Positions 1 through 14,360 of a stretch of DNA of 64,000 nt are shown one piece after another. The first letter of the stretch is position 1; each line of letters opens with the position of its first letter. Location: the NCBI GenBank assembly GCA_951406725.2, contig OX597815.1, forward strand, positions 54,994,001-55,058,000, read 5' to 3'. This stretch comes from Octopus vulgaris. Lineage: Eukaryota. The position numbers and the translations under genes are program-made. The notes beneath the pieces are model-generated. The model worked only from the letters and a program-made list of their open reading frames with translations, ran no database searches and had not been told where the DNA came from.

Positions 1-296
1 CAGTGGAAATGAACCCAGAACCATGTGGTTGTGTAAGCAAACCACTTACCACACAGCTACGTGCACATTAAATCTATTTGTGTTATAGTTATCCAACATC
101 TCACACACTTTCAATTTTTCTGTGCATTTATCTAAAAGTTGATGTCTAATATGTTAAAGAAAAATGTATGAAAATGTTATTTCTGCAACATAATTTTCTA
201 TACAATTATTTGTATTACATGAATTTAATGAATTTGTTTATTTTTATATTCTAATCATCCTTTTCCTTTTTCATCTTCTTTCCGCATGTTTTGTAG

Positions 297-352
297 TATT
301 TCCGATTTAGTGTTGGTGGAATGTCAGATGTTGCAGAAATCAAAGGTCATCG
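297..352 (+). CDS. LONP1: Lon protease, mitochondrial: internal exon (YFRFSVGGMSDVAEIKGHR)
   Basis: Pyrimidine tract + tag acceptor at 296, gtaag donor at 353. The translation matches the Lon AAA+ motif FSVGGMxDVAEIKGHR. Phase 2 joins the next exon. Confidence 0.95.
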
Positions 353-425
353 GTAAGTAGTAAATTCTTTGTTATAACCACTATTAGAGCGTTGTGCTTA
401 ATATCTTACAATATTTAGTTATGTC

Positions 426-633
426 AAGGCAGTGAGCTGGCAGACACATTAGCACACCAGGTGAAATGCTTAGCAGTATTTTGTCTGTCTTTAAGTTCTG
501 AGTTCAAATTCCGCCAAGGTCCACTTTGCTTTTCATCCTTTTGGGGGTCGATAAATTAAGTACCAGTTGAGTACTGGGGTCAATCTAATTGACTGGGCCC
601 CTCTCCAAAAATTTCGTGCCTAGAGTAGAAAAG
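426..633 (+). mobile_element. tRNA-derived SINE with 16-bp target site duplication
   Basis: A-box-like TGGCAGA, B-box GAGTTCAAATTCC, central tttcatcc...gataaattaagtaccagt domain (fragments recur near 5270 and 6610). Direct repeat aatatttagttatgtc at 410-425 and 634-649. Confidence 0.8.
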
Positions 634-1159
634 AATATTTAGTTATGTCTCTTATGTTTTAAGTTCAGTCTATACCTTCCGTCTATCTGGAGTTGATAAA
701 ATCACTTTTTATTTAAGTTCCAGAGTGGATTTAATGATTGTATTTTCCCTCAAAAATTTCTGGTCTTTGCATCTGAGTTGAAAAATATTAGACTGTTATA
801 TTGCTAGAGATTGGGCCATTTGATTTTCTTCTGCTGTATTCTTGATAATTTGTTTATTCTCTTTAGTTTAGGCCTATAGGATAAAAGAGAGTTTTGTTTT
901 GTCTTATGCCAGAATTTCATAAAATCTTTAAAACCTGGACTGGAAAGGCTGAGTTGAGTGTTTCTCTGGCTCTGAGGTTATGAGAGTGTGTATGCATATA
1001 TTTAGCATATATTTTCATTTACATGCTGTATACAGAAACATCTTTGTGAGACACTTGTACATGGTGTTCCTGTGAGTGTATTCTGCAAGATGGAATGAAG
1101 TATTGTCATTGTTATGACTTTGTTTGGATAGTTGATGCACTATATTATGCTGCTTAGAA

Positions 1160-1330
1160 TGTTTAATGTCCGTTTTCCATGCTGGCATGGGTTGGATGGT
1201 TTGACTGGGGACTGGCTAGCCAGGAGGCATTACAAGGCTCCAATCTGATCTGGCAGTGTTTCTATATGCTGAATGCCCTTCCTAATAGCAATCACTCCAA
1301 GAGTGTAGTCGGTGCTTTTTATGTGCCACT
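1160..1330 (-). mobile_element. SINE-like repeat fragment (family ending ccaacccatgctagcatggaaa-(tga)n)
   Basis: Similar to copies at 17840-18268, 30890-31250, 31460-31640, 33098-33410 and 54380-54510. Confidence 0.65.
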
Positions 1331-1627
1331 GGATAGATATTTTTTCAAACGCTGAGCTGCTGTTAGAACCACAGAAATACTGGATAAATTACCCTTACAA
1401 GGCAGAAAAATTTGTCAAAAACCAGCCATGGGACTCGAACCCTTACCTCTCAAAGACTTTTTCATACAATACACATTTCAATGCTTCTGATAAAAAAAAA
1501 AAAAATTTGTTTACATTTATACACACATGAATGTTCCATAAATCTAAACTATTTAACATCTAATTTGGCAAATAAATTTGTCAGCGGGCAGTTTAGCTTA
1601 ATGGTAAAGCACTCAGCCAGTCTTTAA

Positions 1628-2711
1628 CCCTTTTGTTACTATATTTCTGACCAAAATACACCCCTTATGTGTTTCAATTAATTTCTAACATAATCATAAA
1701 TTTAGTCTGGTTTCATTAAACAACTATAACTTTTTTATTTATCAATATATTAATGTGATTTTTGGAAGATAATTTAATGAAATGTTCTCAACCAGTTCTA
1801 TACTATAATTTTTGTCACAAAGTGACTCTAATTGCTGGTAGATACAGGTAAATTCAACAAAATATAAAATTATTAAAATTTTGTTCAAATATCGCTATAG
1901 AAAATGGGTTATTAGCTAATATTCAATTGGGTATACAACAAAATTTTATGATAGAATTTGTTATTCTGGTAACTTTCTGATACCCATAATAATATTTATG
2001 ACAAAATAGTCTTAATTTCATTTAAGGTTGTGGAAAACTACTAACTATCCTTTCTTTCGCTTTGTTTACATTTAGCGTAACGGTTCGTTTCGCCGTAATG
2101 ATTTCAAATAGGCTCATTCGAAAAGTAAAAAGAAATAGTCTAAGGCTTTACTCTCCTGGGAAAGTCTGTGGCTTGGTCCAGTTTCTTCAGAAAAATCACC
2201 GAAAGAAACAGTTTTTAAATTTTCACTCCATTCAGGTGCCAATTCATTTTCTTTATCACTGTCGGAGCTCTCGGATTCACTGTTTTCACTTTCGGAAAAT
2301 GAAATATCAAATTCATTATCAAATACCACGTGCTTTTTTTTTTCAGTCATAGAGTTAAATTTATGAAGGTCTTCAGTAGAAAATCCTTCGAATTCTGACT
2401 CGCTGCTTGATATAATGAAATTCGTATCCATTTTTTGTCAGAATTACAAATTTTGAAAACACAATAGGAACAAATTTCGGAAAGAAATCTCCCAAAATTC
2501 ACAGAATTAAAATTACACTTCGATCGTTGTACAAAACTGTAGATGAACTGTTTACGAAGTATAATCACTTGTTTTCATGAATGTACTAAAGAGATTTGCT
2601 CTGATATTCTCATTTAAATATGAATAGGTAAATACGGGCAGGTTTGGGTGGTTTGGTCACATTAACCAAAATTTTTTTCGGGCGGCTTTGGGCGGTTTGG
2701 TAACGAAAGGG
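1628..2711 (-). mobile_element. Internally deleted non-autonomous piggyBac element
   Basis: TTAA at 1624-1627 and 2712-2715. TIRs CCCTTTTGTTAC / GTAACGAAAGGG. ORF 2114-2431(-) resembles the acidic N-terminus of a piggyBac transposase (...DFSEETGP...ALDYFFLLF). Confidence 0.85.
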
Positions 2712-2900
2712 TTAAGGGATATTGGTTCAAGTCCTATGGCTGGTTGTTGACAAATTTTTCCACCTTGTAATTTACCCAATATAACGGAAACTCTGCATTG
2801 GGAAAGATATCATCTTATTTGCATCATACAATAAACATTTCTATGCTTCTAGTAAAAAAAACAAATATTTGTTTAATTTATACACACATGGTTGATATAT

Positions 2901-4140
2901 ACTGGGTGCTATGAGTAAATTGTCACCATTTTATATTTTTAATTTTGCACATGTGTATTGTTTGTTTTTGATTTTGTCAACTACACAGTATAGTAGGGTC
3001 AGTTGGGCACTGTCTGTGAGAAAAACAGCTCCATGATGTAATTCACTCTGCCAGAAATTTAGAAATGACATGTTGTACTGCTTGGCATTTGCACCAGAAG
3101 CTCCAATACGAACATTTCAGAGTCTTTGGGTGTCAATCTGTGGACAGTACAGAGGATTCAGAAAGAGTTGGATGAGTTTAATGGTGATTACGAAGGTACT
3201 GCAGCTCGGAAAACTCACTCTGATTGTTCTGATGAGAAAAGAACTCCTGAATTTGTTGGTGAGATCCAGGTTATGATTGACAACAATCCCTCCAAGTCAA
3301 TCGGGTCCATTGCCAGGGACATGGGAGTGTGTGAGTTTCTTACCAGGCAGGTATTGCATGAAGACATTTGGTATTCTTTATACAACATGAGAAAGGACTA
3401 ATTTTCATCCTAAGTTATCAAGGACAAGAGGAAAGACCGCACTAGGAAGCTTTTGAACAGACTTCAAGCATCCCCTCCAACCGAACATGGATCAGATGGT
3501 GAATACACAGGACAACTGTTGACTTGCCATATCCCCAAAGCATGTACCGAGAGTGATAAAAATCAAACATCCAGTCAATATCATGGTGTTTGGAATGATC
3601 ACTAGTGATGGCGACGTTATGCCTCCATTCATCTTCCTACATGGCCTTACACTCAACATGGAGGCCTACATCAAGTGCCTGGAGGAGGTAGTGCTGGTCT
3701 GGTTTAAGATCCTATGTCTGACAACAAGACTCTGCATCATGCCACACAAGCAGGAGAACCCAGTAGTGGCTGTCAGACAATTTCTGCGACCACATTGCCC
3801 CTAACATCTGGCAATCTAACTCCCTAGACTGCAATGCCCTTGATTATGTGTGGGGTGCAGTTGAGCAAATGACCAGCAAAACTCCTTGTAACACCAAAGA
3901 TGAATCGAAGACAAAAATTATGGCAACATTCACCAACTTAAACAAGGAGACCATCCAGAAGAGTTGCAGGAGATTCCAAAGTCATCTGGAGGCTGTGGTT
4001 GAAGCCAATGACAATTTTATTGAATAAATTTATTCTTTAGTATTTCAAGATATTTTAATGTAATTCTGGTAAATATATCTGTTAAAATGAGATGTCAATG
4101 TTATTTTCATTCTTGCGTAAGTTAGACAATTCACCTCACA
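2901..4140 (+). mobile_element. Degenerate Tc1/mariner-superfamily (maT-like) transposon
   Basis: Frameshifted transposase fragments: HTH region TVQRIQKEL, KHPVNIMVFGMITSDG, and a WxxNSxDCNxLDY-like motif near 3808-3850. Confidence 0.8.
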
Positions 4141-4345
4141 CACATGCACACGCAAATTCCTGGACTACTACATATGAAAAAGAAACACAAATACCATTTT
4201 TAGAAATGCACCAACTTTAAAATGAAATTGGATGTCAAATCACTTTTGCTCTCATTGTTATCTTCTGTTATTCTCTTAATGATGGCAAATCTTCATTCTC
4301 TTACATGAAATAAACTAGTTTGTTGTATGTAATTTGTTTATATAG

Positions 4346-4465
<120 letters not shown>

Positions 4466-5639
4466 TAAAAAGTTTAAGTTGAGAGGGGTGGGGGTTATTT
4501 TTCAACTGTAAATTTTTTTCCATGAATTTTTTCCCTATTGGCTTCTAAAAGAAAAATGTAAAATAGAAAGAATTTCCCAAACTTTTGCAAAATTCCAGTT
4601 TTTGTCATATTAAATCGATGAAATACAGGTTATTCTTTGGAGAAGGCACCAAGCTATTACAAGTAATTTACCTCATGGAACTGATGCTTATTCTCAAGTA
4701 AAACTGAAGCAAGTAAGAATTTATGTTTTGCATTTAGAATAAAGGAAATTCAAGTGCCATACATGAACTCATGACCCTAGTGTCTGATTCTTTGAACTTG
4801 ATAATATCTAAAATATTTATATGAATTTCTAGAGTTTACCTTCTGTTGGAATCACTGAAGATAGATGATAGGTAAATTCCTTATAATGTTTAAAACAATT
4901 CAGCCTATAAGAAAATGAACATTAAAAATGGTAATTATACATTATGCATTGGCAAACATTTTTATATTACCTTCTCTGTCATCATCATCATCATTAATTT
5001 TATTTTTCTGTAGTTGCCTTGATTGGACAAGTCTAGTAAATACACCTTCTCCATAGCTCTGCTATTGTTCACATGTGCACAATAGTGGAAGTAGAGTATA
5101 TCATGTTTATGAATGGTGTATACTAACTGTTGATGTAGTTTGTGGCTGTTTTGGTTTTGCTGTATGTCATTATTTATTCATATAATCATGGGAGGCTGAT
5201 AGATTAGTAGAGTAACAGAAAAACTGCCTTACCATTTTTAATTTCTTCTCCTTTCATTGTGAAGTTGACTTTGCCTTTCATCTTTTCATGGTTAATAAAT
5301 TAAGTACCAGTCAAGTCCTTGACTTCATTTAAATTGACTATATCATTCCCCAAAACTTATCTTATGCATAAGCTCAAAATAATTTTATATAAAGAATCCA
5401 TTGGCAATTCCACTTAAGTGTATACCAGATAATTACATAATTCTTTTTAATTGCTTAAGTTTTTGGAATGTCAAACCATTTAGCATCTAGTTTACTTAAA
5501 ATGGGTCAGTTAACTGCATATACAAATGAAGTCATTTTTCAGTTATTGGCATAATATTTACCAATTCTGAGTAAAAAAAAATGGGGAAATGTAGTATAAA
5601 TTGTATATTTGATTTAATATTAAATGTTTCTGGAAACTT

Positions 5640-6230
5640 CTGTTTTCATGAAAAGTTAAAATGTCAGTAATCAGCACTTCTTGTTTACATATAACTTATG
5701 TTCTTTTTGCAAACTTTCTGAACATTTCTTTTTATGGTTTTTCTTACTGCTAATTACGTTTTTGCATCTGCAACATATGAAATCCTTCTTTGTCAGCCTA
5801 CCTGTCATACCATTGTACCTTTTGGGCACCCATAGCTTACACTGGGTACATACTGTATAATGCAATCTGTTCTTTCTGTATATCAATGATAAGCACTTTC
5901 AAAATGGTATCAGGCTTCTCAACTCTTCCTAAGATTTTTGTCTAATAGATTCAGTTAGATTTCTTGGTTCTAGAGAAGTCCTCTTCCACAGTTCAAACTT
6001 TTCTCTAATTCTTTGGCTGATTTCATACTGTTATGACAGGGGAAACTGTAAGCAGGAGTAGACTTAGACCTGAACTCTGATGGGCACATAACTGCATATA
6101 AAATTCCTTGGTAAGCTCTGTACAAAGTCTCACCTTGCTTATAACACCCTTGTACATAACTTAGATCACACCCGGTTTTCTTAGCAACCACCAGACCACC
6201 CATGTAGTACACTGGCAAAGACCTTCTCCA
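5640..6230 (-). mobile_element. Decayed retroelement fragment, probably RTE-group
   Basis: Cys-rich remnant CTQCKLWV...FICCRC; heavily degraded. Confidence 0.35.
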
Positions 6231-6838
6231 CTATATAAATGTTAAGTATAAGGCTTGCACTTGTCTAGAGAGGGCATCTGAGTTTCCCCGTCTTGGTAGA
6301 AGCTTGTGTTAAAAATAATTTTTTGAAAAGCATATTCTGTTTCTAGAAAAATGCTTAAGATTGTCACATGAAGCTTCACACTTAATTATAAAAGATTAGA
6401 AACCAATCACTCTTAGCAAAAAGTTCTATTGCCAATGGGTGGCAGAATCAGAAGTTTTTTGTGGAAAGAGAATGCAACTACTGCAGCTTGACTATTATAA
6501 TTTATTTGTCACATATTTGTATATTTTGTATATAAAAGTGTGCATGAGAGCAAACATACACTTCCAAATTTACCCATAAAATGATAGATAACATGTTTGT
6601 GTGTTGACTTTGTCTTTCATCTTTTCATAGTTAATAAATTAAGTACCAGTCAAGAGAAGTATGTATATAGGCTGGCAGGCAGGCAGACATATATACTGTA
6701 CCTAGTTTAGTCTAATAAAGAAATATGTACCTAGTTTAGTTATCTACCACATGCACATACACAATGCATACATACACTCACATTTTGTAGTTATTTTGGT
6801 TCTTATTAAAATGTTAACTTTTTCTTTTTCACTTACAG

Positions 6839-6961
6839 GTCGACAAAATTGGTAAAGGATTCCAAGGTGACCCAGCCTCTGCACTTCTTGAACTGTTGGA
6901 TCCAGAGCAGAATGCCAATTTTTTAGATCATTATTTGGATGTGACTGTAGATTTGTCCAAA
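6839..6961 (+). CDS. LONP1: LONP1 exon ([41 protein letters not shown])
   Basis: cag/gtaag boundaries, 123 nt, hallmark Lon sequence. Confidence 0.97.
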
Positions 6962-9039
6962 GTAAGTAATGTTTTCAAGTTATTTTTAGTTGTAAAATAA
7001 TCACAAATTTTCATTTCACTTTCTCAGTATAGGCATGTAAACAAAGTTAGTCTGCTGTGAAGATTGTTTTGAATTAAAACACAAGACTGTCTTAAATAAG
7101 TGAACTCACCAGGTTTCATGCTCTCAAAATTGAGTATTAACCTAGATATAAGGACTAGATGAAAGAGCATATAGCTCTGATATCCTGGCCCTATGGAGAT
7201 TGTAACGACTACAAATTGAAATATTCCGGTTTATTATTATATTAAAAACAATCTTCACAACCACACTACATATTTTCATATGCTAAATGCCTTATGTCGT
7301 ATATGATGTATAAGAAGTAACATTTTCTTCTCAGCCTCTTAAATGTTGCCACACATAATATAACATCACATTTAAAGGCATATGCTGAATGTATGAGAGG
7401 TATTTTGATTTATGAGTAATGAACACATGCTACAGGGACGACTGATAAACGAAAATACAGAAATATGTCGAGGCAATAGAAGGTACCTTTAAGGCTAGAC
7501 TGAATAATTACTGATTCTCTTTTAGGCTCCAAGAGAGATGCAGTGTTACAATATATAGAGCTTGCTATGTATAGTAATTAAATGAAGAAGCAGCCCTGTA
7601 CAAAATCAGCTGAAAGTTACTGGAACCTGGGCTATATGTGAATGGAAGCACACAATGCAGGTTCTGCTGGGTGATGGGAAAAACCATTCTAAAATATTCT
7701 AACAATCCAGCTGTTTTCCTAAACTCATAAAGTAAAACTTTTGAATGCTGCCCTCATGAGCAGAAATGTGTTTTAGCAACATGGTCATGTCCATTTTGCA
7801 ACTAGGGAACAACACACTTCACCTTTGGCTAAGACTAATCCATGAGAAATAACTTCTTCCCACAAAAATGTTATAATTTTTCAGTTTTCATTCCATTTCT
7901 TTTTACCAACACCAAGCCACCCAGTGTCTATGTATACCTCCAATGTATGAGAGGCAATGCAATTCCAGCTAATATGTCTAAAGAGCGGTCAATATTGTGC
8001 AATAGTTAGCGTGAAACTAATGGCAACCTTCTAACCAGTTACATACTGAAACTAGTAATAAAATGCTTGATGACATAAAAATATAGCCATTCTATTGAGT
8101 GTGCTTTTCTTCTAACTTATGAACTACTAACTGATAAATTTATCTACACACACACATCCTCTTCATCATCATCATCATTTAAAACACACTTTGCTATTCT
8201 TGCATTAGTCAAAATTAGTTGAGACAAATTTTCTACAGCTAGATGCCCTTCCTGTTGCCAACCCTTAGCTTTTTCCCAGCAAGGTAATATTTTCCTACAA
8301 CCAAGACTGAAAATGAACAACATTGCTTGTACAATGGTGATACTTGTTTACACTCGTCACATGATGTCAAAACAAGGACATGCACATATGTGCATGCATA
8401 CACGTACCCACATACACACACACACATGCATGCACATACAATCTTCTTTCAGTTTCTGTCTACCAAACTCCACTCACAAGGCTTTGGTCAGCCTGGAGCT
8501 AATAGTAGAAGATACTTGCCAAAGGAGCTGCACACTGTTACTGAATACAAGACCTAAGAAAGCAAACTTTTTAGTCCCACACATGCATACACGCAGAAAT
8601 TATCATTTCAACAGTTTTTTTTCTTTTCTTTGTCAAAACATTTAAGTATTCTTCTGTAAATAGTTTCTTTTATTTATTTTAACTGCTATTCTGCACTCTT
8701 TGGTGCCATTGTAATTATAATTTTAAGCACGCGTGTCTCCATTTTTAGTTTCCATTTTGTGTTTTTGAATGCTACTTTACAATAAATAGAACATTTTTCG
8801 GTTTTTTTTTTCACAATATTGAATATTGGGAATATATTAACTTCTGTGGGGACTTTTTATTTCTGCTATATAAAAACTCGATTTTGCCAAAACTTGCCAT
8901 GGCACTCATTAACACAAAAGGCATTCATTAAAATATATAAAACAAGTTTATGACCATAAGGAGAGATGTTTTTGACGTTTTGGACAAAACGTTTCTACAA
9001 TGATGAACTCTGCCTGAAATATCATCATGGTATTAGAAC

Positions 9040-9182
9040 TGTGGTAAGTAGCTTGCTTACGCACCACATGGTTCCAGGTTCAATCCCACTGCGTGGTACC
9101 TTGGGCAAGTGTCTTTAACCAATAGCCTCAAGCTGACCAAAGCCTTGTGAGTGGATTTGGTACACGGAAACTGAAAGAAGCC

Positions 9183-9185
<3 letters not shown>
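9040..9185 (+). mobile_element. 5' part of tRNA-derived SINE
   Basis: gtggtaagtagcttgct...ggttcaatcccactgcgtggtaccttgggcaagtgtc. Reverse-strand relatives at 1-57, 8440-8540, 20783-21100 and 29200-29325. Confidence 0.7.
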
Positions 9186-9221
<36 letters not shown>

Positions 9222-9321
9222 NNNNNNNNNNNNNNNNNNNNNNNNNNNNNNNNNNNNNNNNNNNNNNNNNNNNNNNNNNNNNNNNNNNNNNNNNNNNNNN
9301 NNNNNNNNNNNNNNNNNNNNN
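9222..9321. other. Assembly gap (100 N)
   Basis: Run of N next to a TA microsatellite. Confidence 1.
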
Positions 9322-9428
9322 TATTAGAAAAAATGAGGTAATCAGATCGGATGGTTCATATTTATAGATATTTATTTATATATTACATTTTTTACATATA
9401 TATCATATCATTCAGATCATATCATTTG

Positions 9429-9467
9429 GATTAGCGCTTTCTCCCAATGGAGTGGGCTTTTCAAATC
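9429..9467 (-). ncRNA. Minimal hammerhead-like motif (U3-A8 core)
   Basis: Minus strand: GAU-UUGAAAA-G CCCA cuccau UGGG A-GAA-AGCGCU-A-AUC. Palindromic helix III; the helix II closing pair is mismatched. Confidence 0.55.
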
Positions 9468-10194
9468 AAATCAATTCCTTGTGGGTAATTTGAACAATTT
9501 ATAGTTTCATAGTAGTGGTGGGGAGGAATAAGACAGTATAAAAGGGTGAAGAGGAAGTGAGACAGAGAAAACATGTGTGTGTGTGTGTGTATGTGTGTGT
9601 GTGTGCATTTGTATCTGATAGGGAAGAAGAAGTATTGTTATTCCGTTGGCCTACTGGACCTCCTGTGGTTTTCTAAGAATTTTGGCTCTGCTCTCTGTCC
9701 AGTCTCGTGTCACTGAGTGTGTGTTGTGCGTAGGCTGGCCGGACAAATGTCATTTGGGGTCACACTTTCTATGATCGTTTTGTGGAGGTGTGTGTGTGTG
9801 TGTGTGTGTCCGTGTGTGTTTTTGTGTGCGTGTGTGTGTGTGTGTCTCTGTGTGTTTGGAGAAGGAGAGAGAGAAAGAAAGAGAAAAGGGAAAATAAAAA
9901 TAAAAATAAATATAAAAATAAAAAATAATTAAAAATATAAAAAATAAAAAATAAAAAAATAATAAATAAAATATAAAAAAGTATAAAAAAATAAATGAAA
10001 ATAAGGGAGGAAGTGGAGGAGAAAAAAAATATTTTTGTGTGTTGATATTTATACCAATACATATATATATATATATATACACACACAGACTTATACATAA
10101 AATATTGGAAAAAAACCTTTTTATCGGTTCAAAATGAATAACCAAATTACACCATCTTGAAAATTGTATATCATAGGAAAGTTAAAATTAAAAA

Positions 10195-13344
<3,150 letters not shown>

Positions 13345-13448
13345 TATATATTTATATATGATATATATATATATATATATATATATTTGTAAAAAATGAA
13401 GTTCGAAAATGCTGCTGTATTATACAATTTTTAATTTTTATATATACA

Positions 13449-13491
13449 TTATAACATGTTTCAGTTCCTGAAATGAACCTTATCAAAAAAA
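13449..13491 (-). ncRNA. Hammerhead-like motif at 3' end of Penelope 1
   Basis: Minus strand: UUGAUAA-GGUUC auuucag GAACU-GAA-ACAUGU-U; helix I is weak. Confidence 0.55.
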
Positions 13492-13857
13492 GTTATATAT
13501 AAAAAAAGACAGCTCATGCCGTCAAACACAAGAAATTCATTTATAATACACAACGGAGTCAGACATCTTAGAGTTCATGTATAGTTGATATATAGTTTGA
13601 AGTAAGTTCATTCATGCTATATGTTCAAAGTGTTCGATGCAGTGGCCCACGGTGGCGATACGTATTCAATACAAAAAACAGATCAAAGTGGTGGAAAGCG
13701 GTCAATACAGAAGATTGATGTTTCCGAAAGAGCGAGGAATTCATTTTTACCTTAAGCAATTGTGATGACCCATGGTGGGTGTTCGCTGGGTGGTTCTAGT
13801 GAGTCTTGTGAATTGCTCGGTTTTATAATGCCTGTTAGGTGGTCAGTCCAGCGTAGC

Positions 13858-14192
13858 GTGACGTCATCAACGTTTTGACCAATCGTTTCGTTAGGTGGCT
13901 TTAGTCAAGCAGAACGGGACGTCATCATCATTTTGACCAATCGCTGCATTATAACTGCCTCTTGTCTGTTTCCTGTTTTGACCAGTCGCTTCGTTAGTCA
14001 AGCAGAACGGGACGTCATCCAGATTCTGCCCAATCACGACTTATAGCTACATTAGATCTGCCCCCTGTCTGTACTTGTTAGGTGACTAGTCAAGCAGAAA
14101 AGGACGTCATCAATATTCTGACTAATGACTGTCCCCTGTTTGTATCCTGTCCATTCTAGCAGAACTAGACGTCATCAACTTGTTGACCAATC
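13858..14192 (+). promoter_or_regulatory. Five GACGTCA-N12-CCAAT modules in Penelope 3' region
   Basis: Copies near 13860, 13918, 14011, 14103 and 14168 with identical 12-nt spacing (the fourth reads CTAAT). Confidence 0.45.
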
Positions 14193-14360
14193 AGAATCGG
14201 GTCTGACCCTTAGCTGTATCGTATGTATCAGGGTCAGATTTGCACGAAAGAATTTTTTTCCTTTTTTACTAAGGCATATTTCCGTCAGTGCGAGTGTCTG
14301 TTTAAGGTAGTGGCCGTGGTGGAATTTTCCTTCTCCTTTTCGGAGGACTTATCTTTTGTT

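Noticed and set aside
1586-1627. Functional tRNA gene
   Set aside because: Interrupted by piggyBac and no proper acceptor stem; treated as a SINE-like relic.
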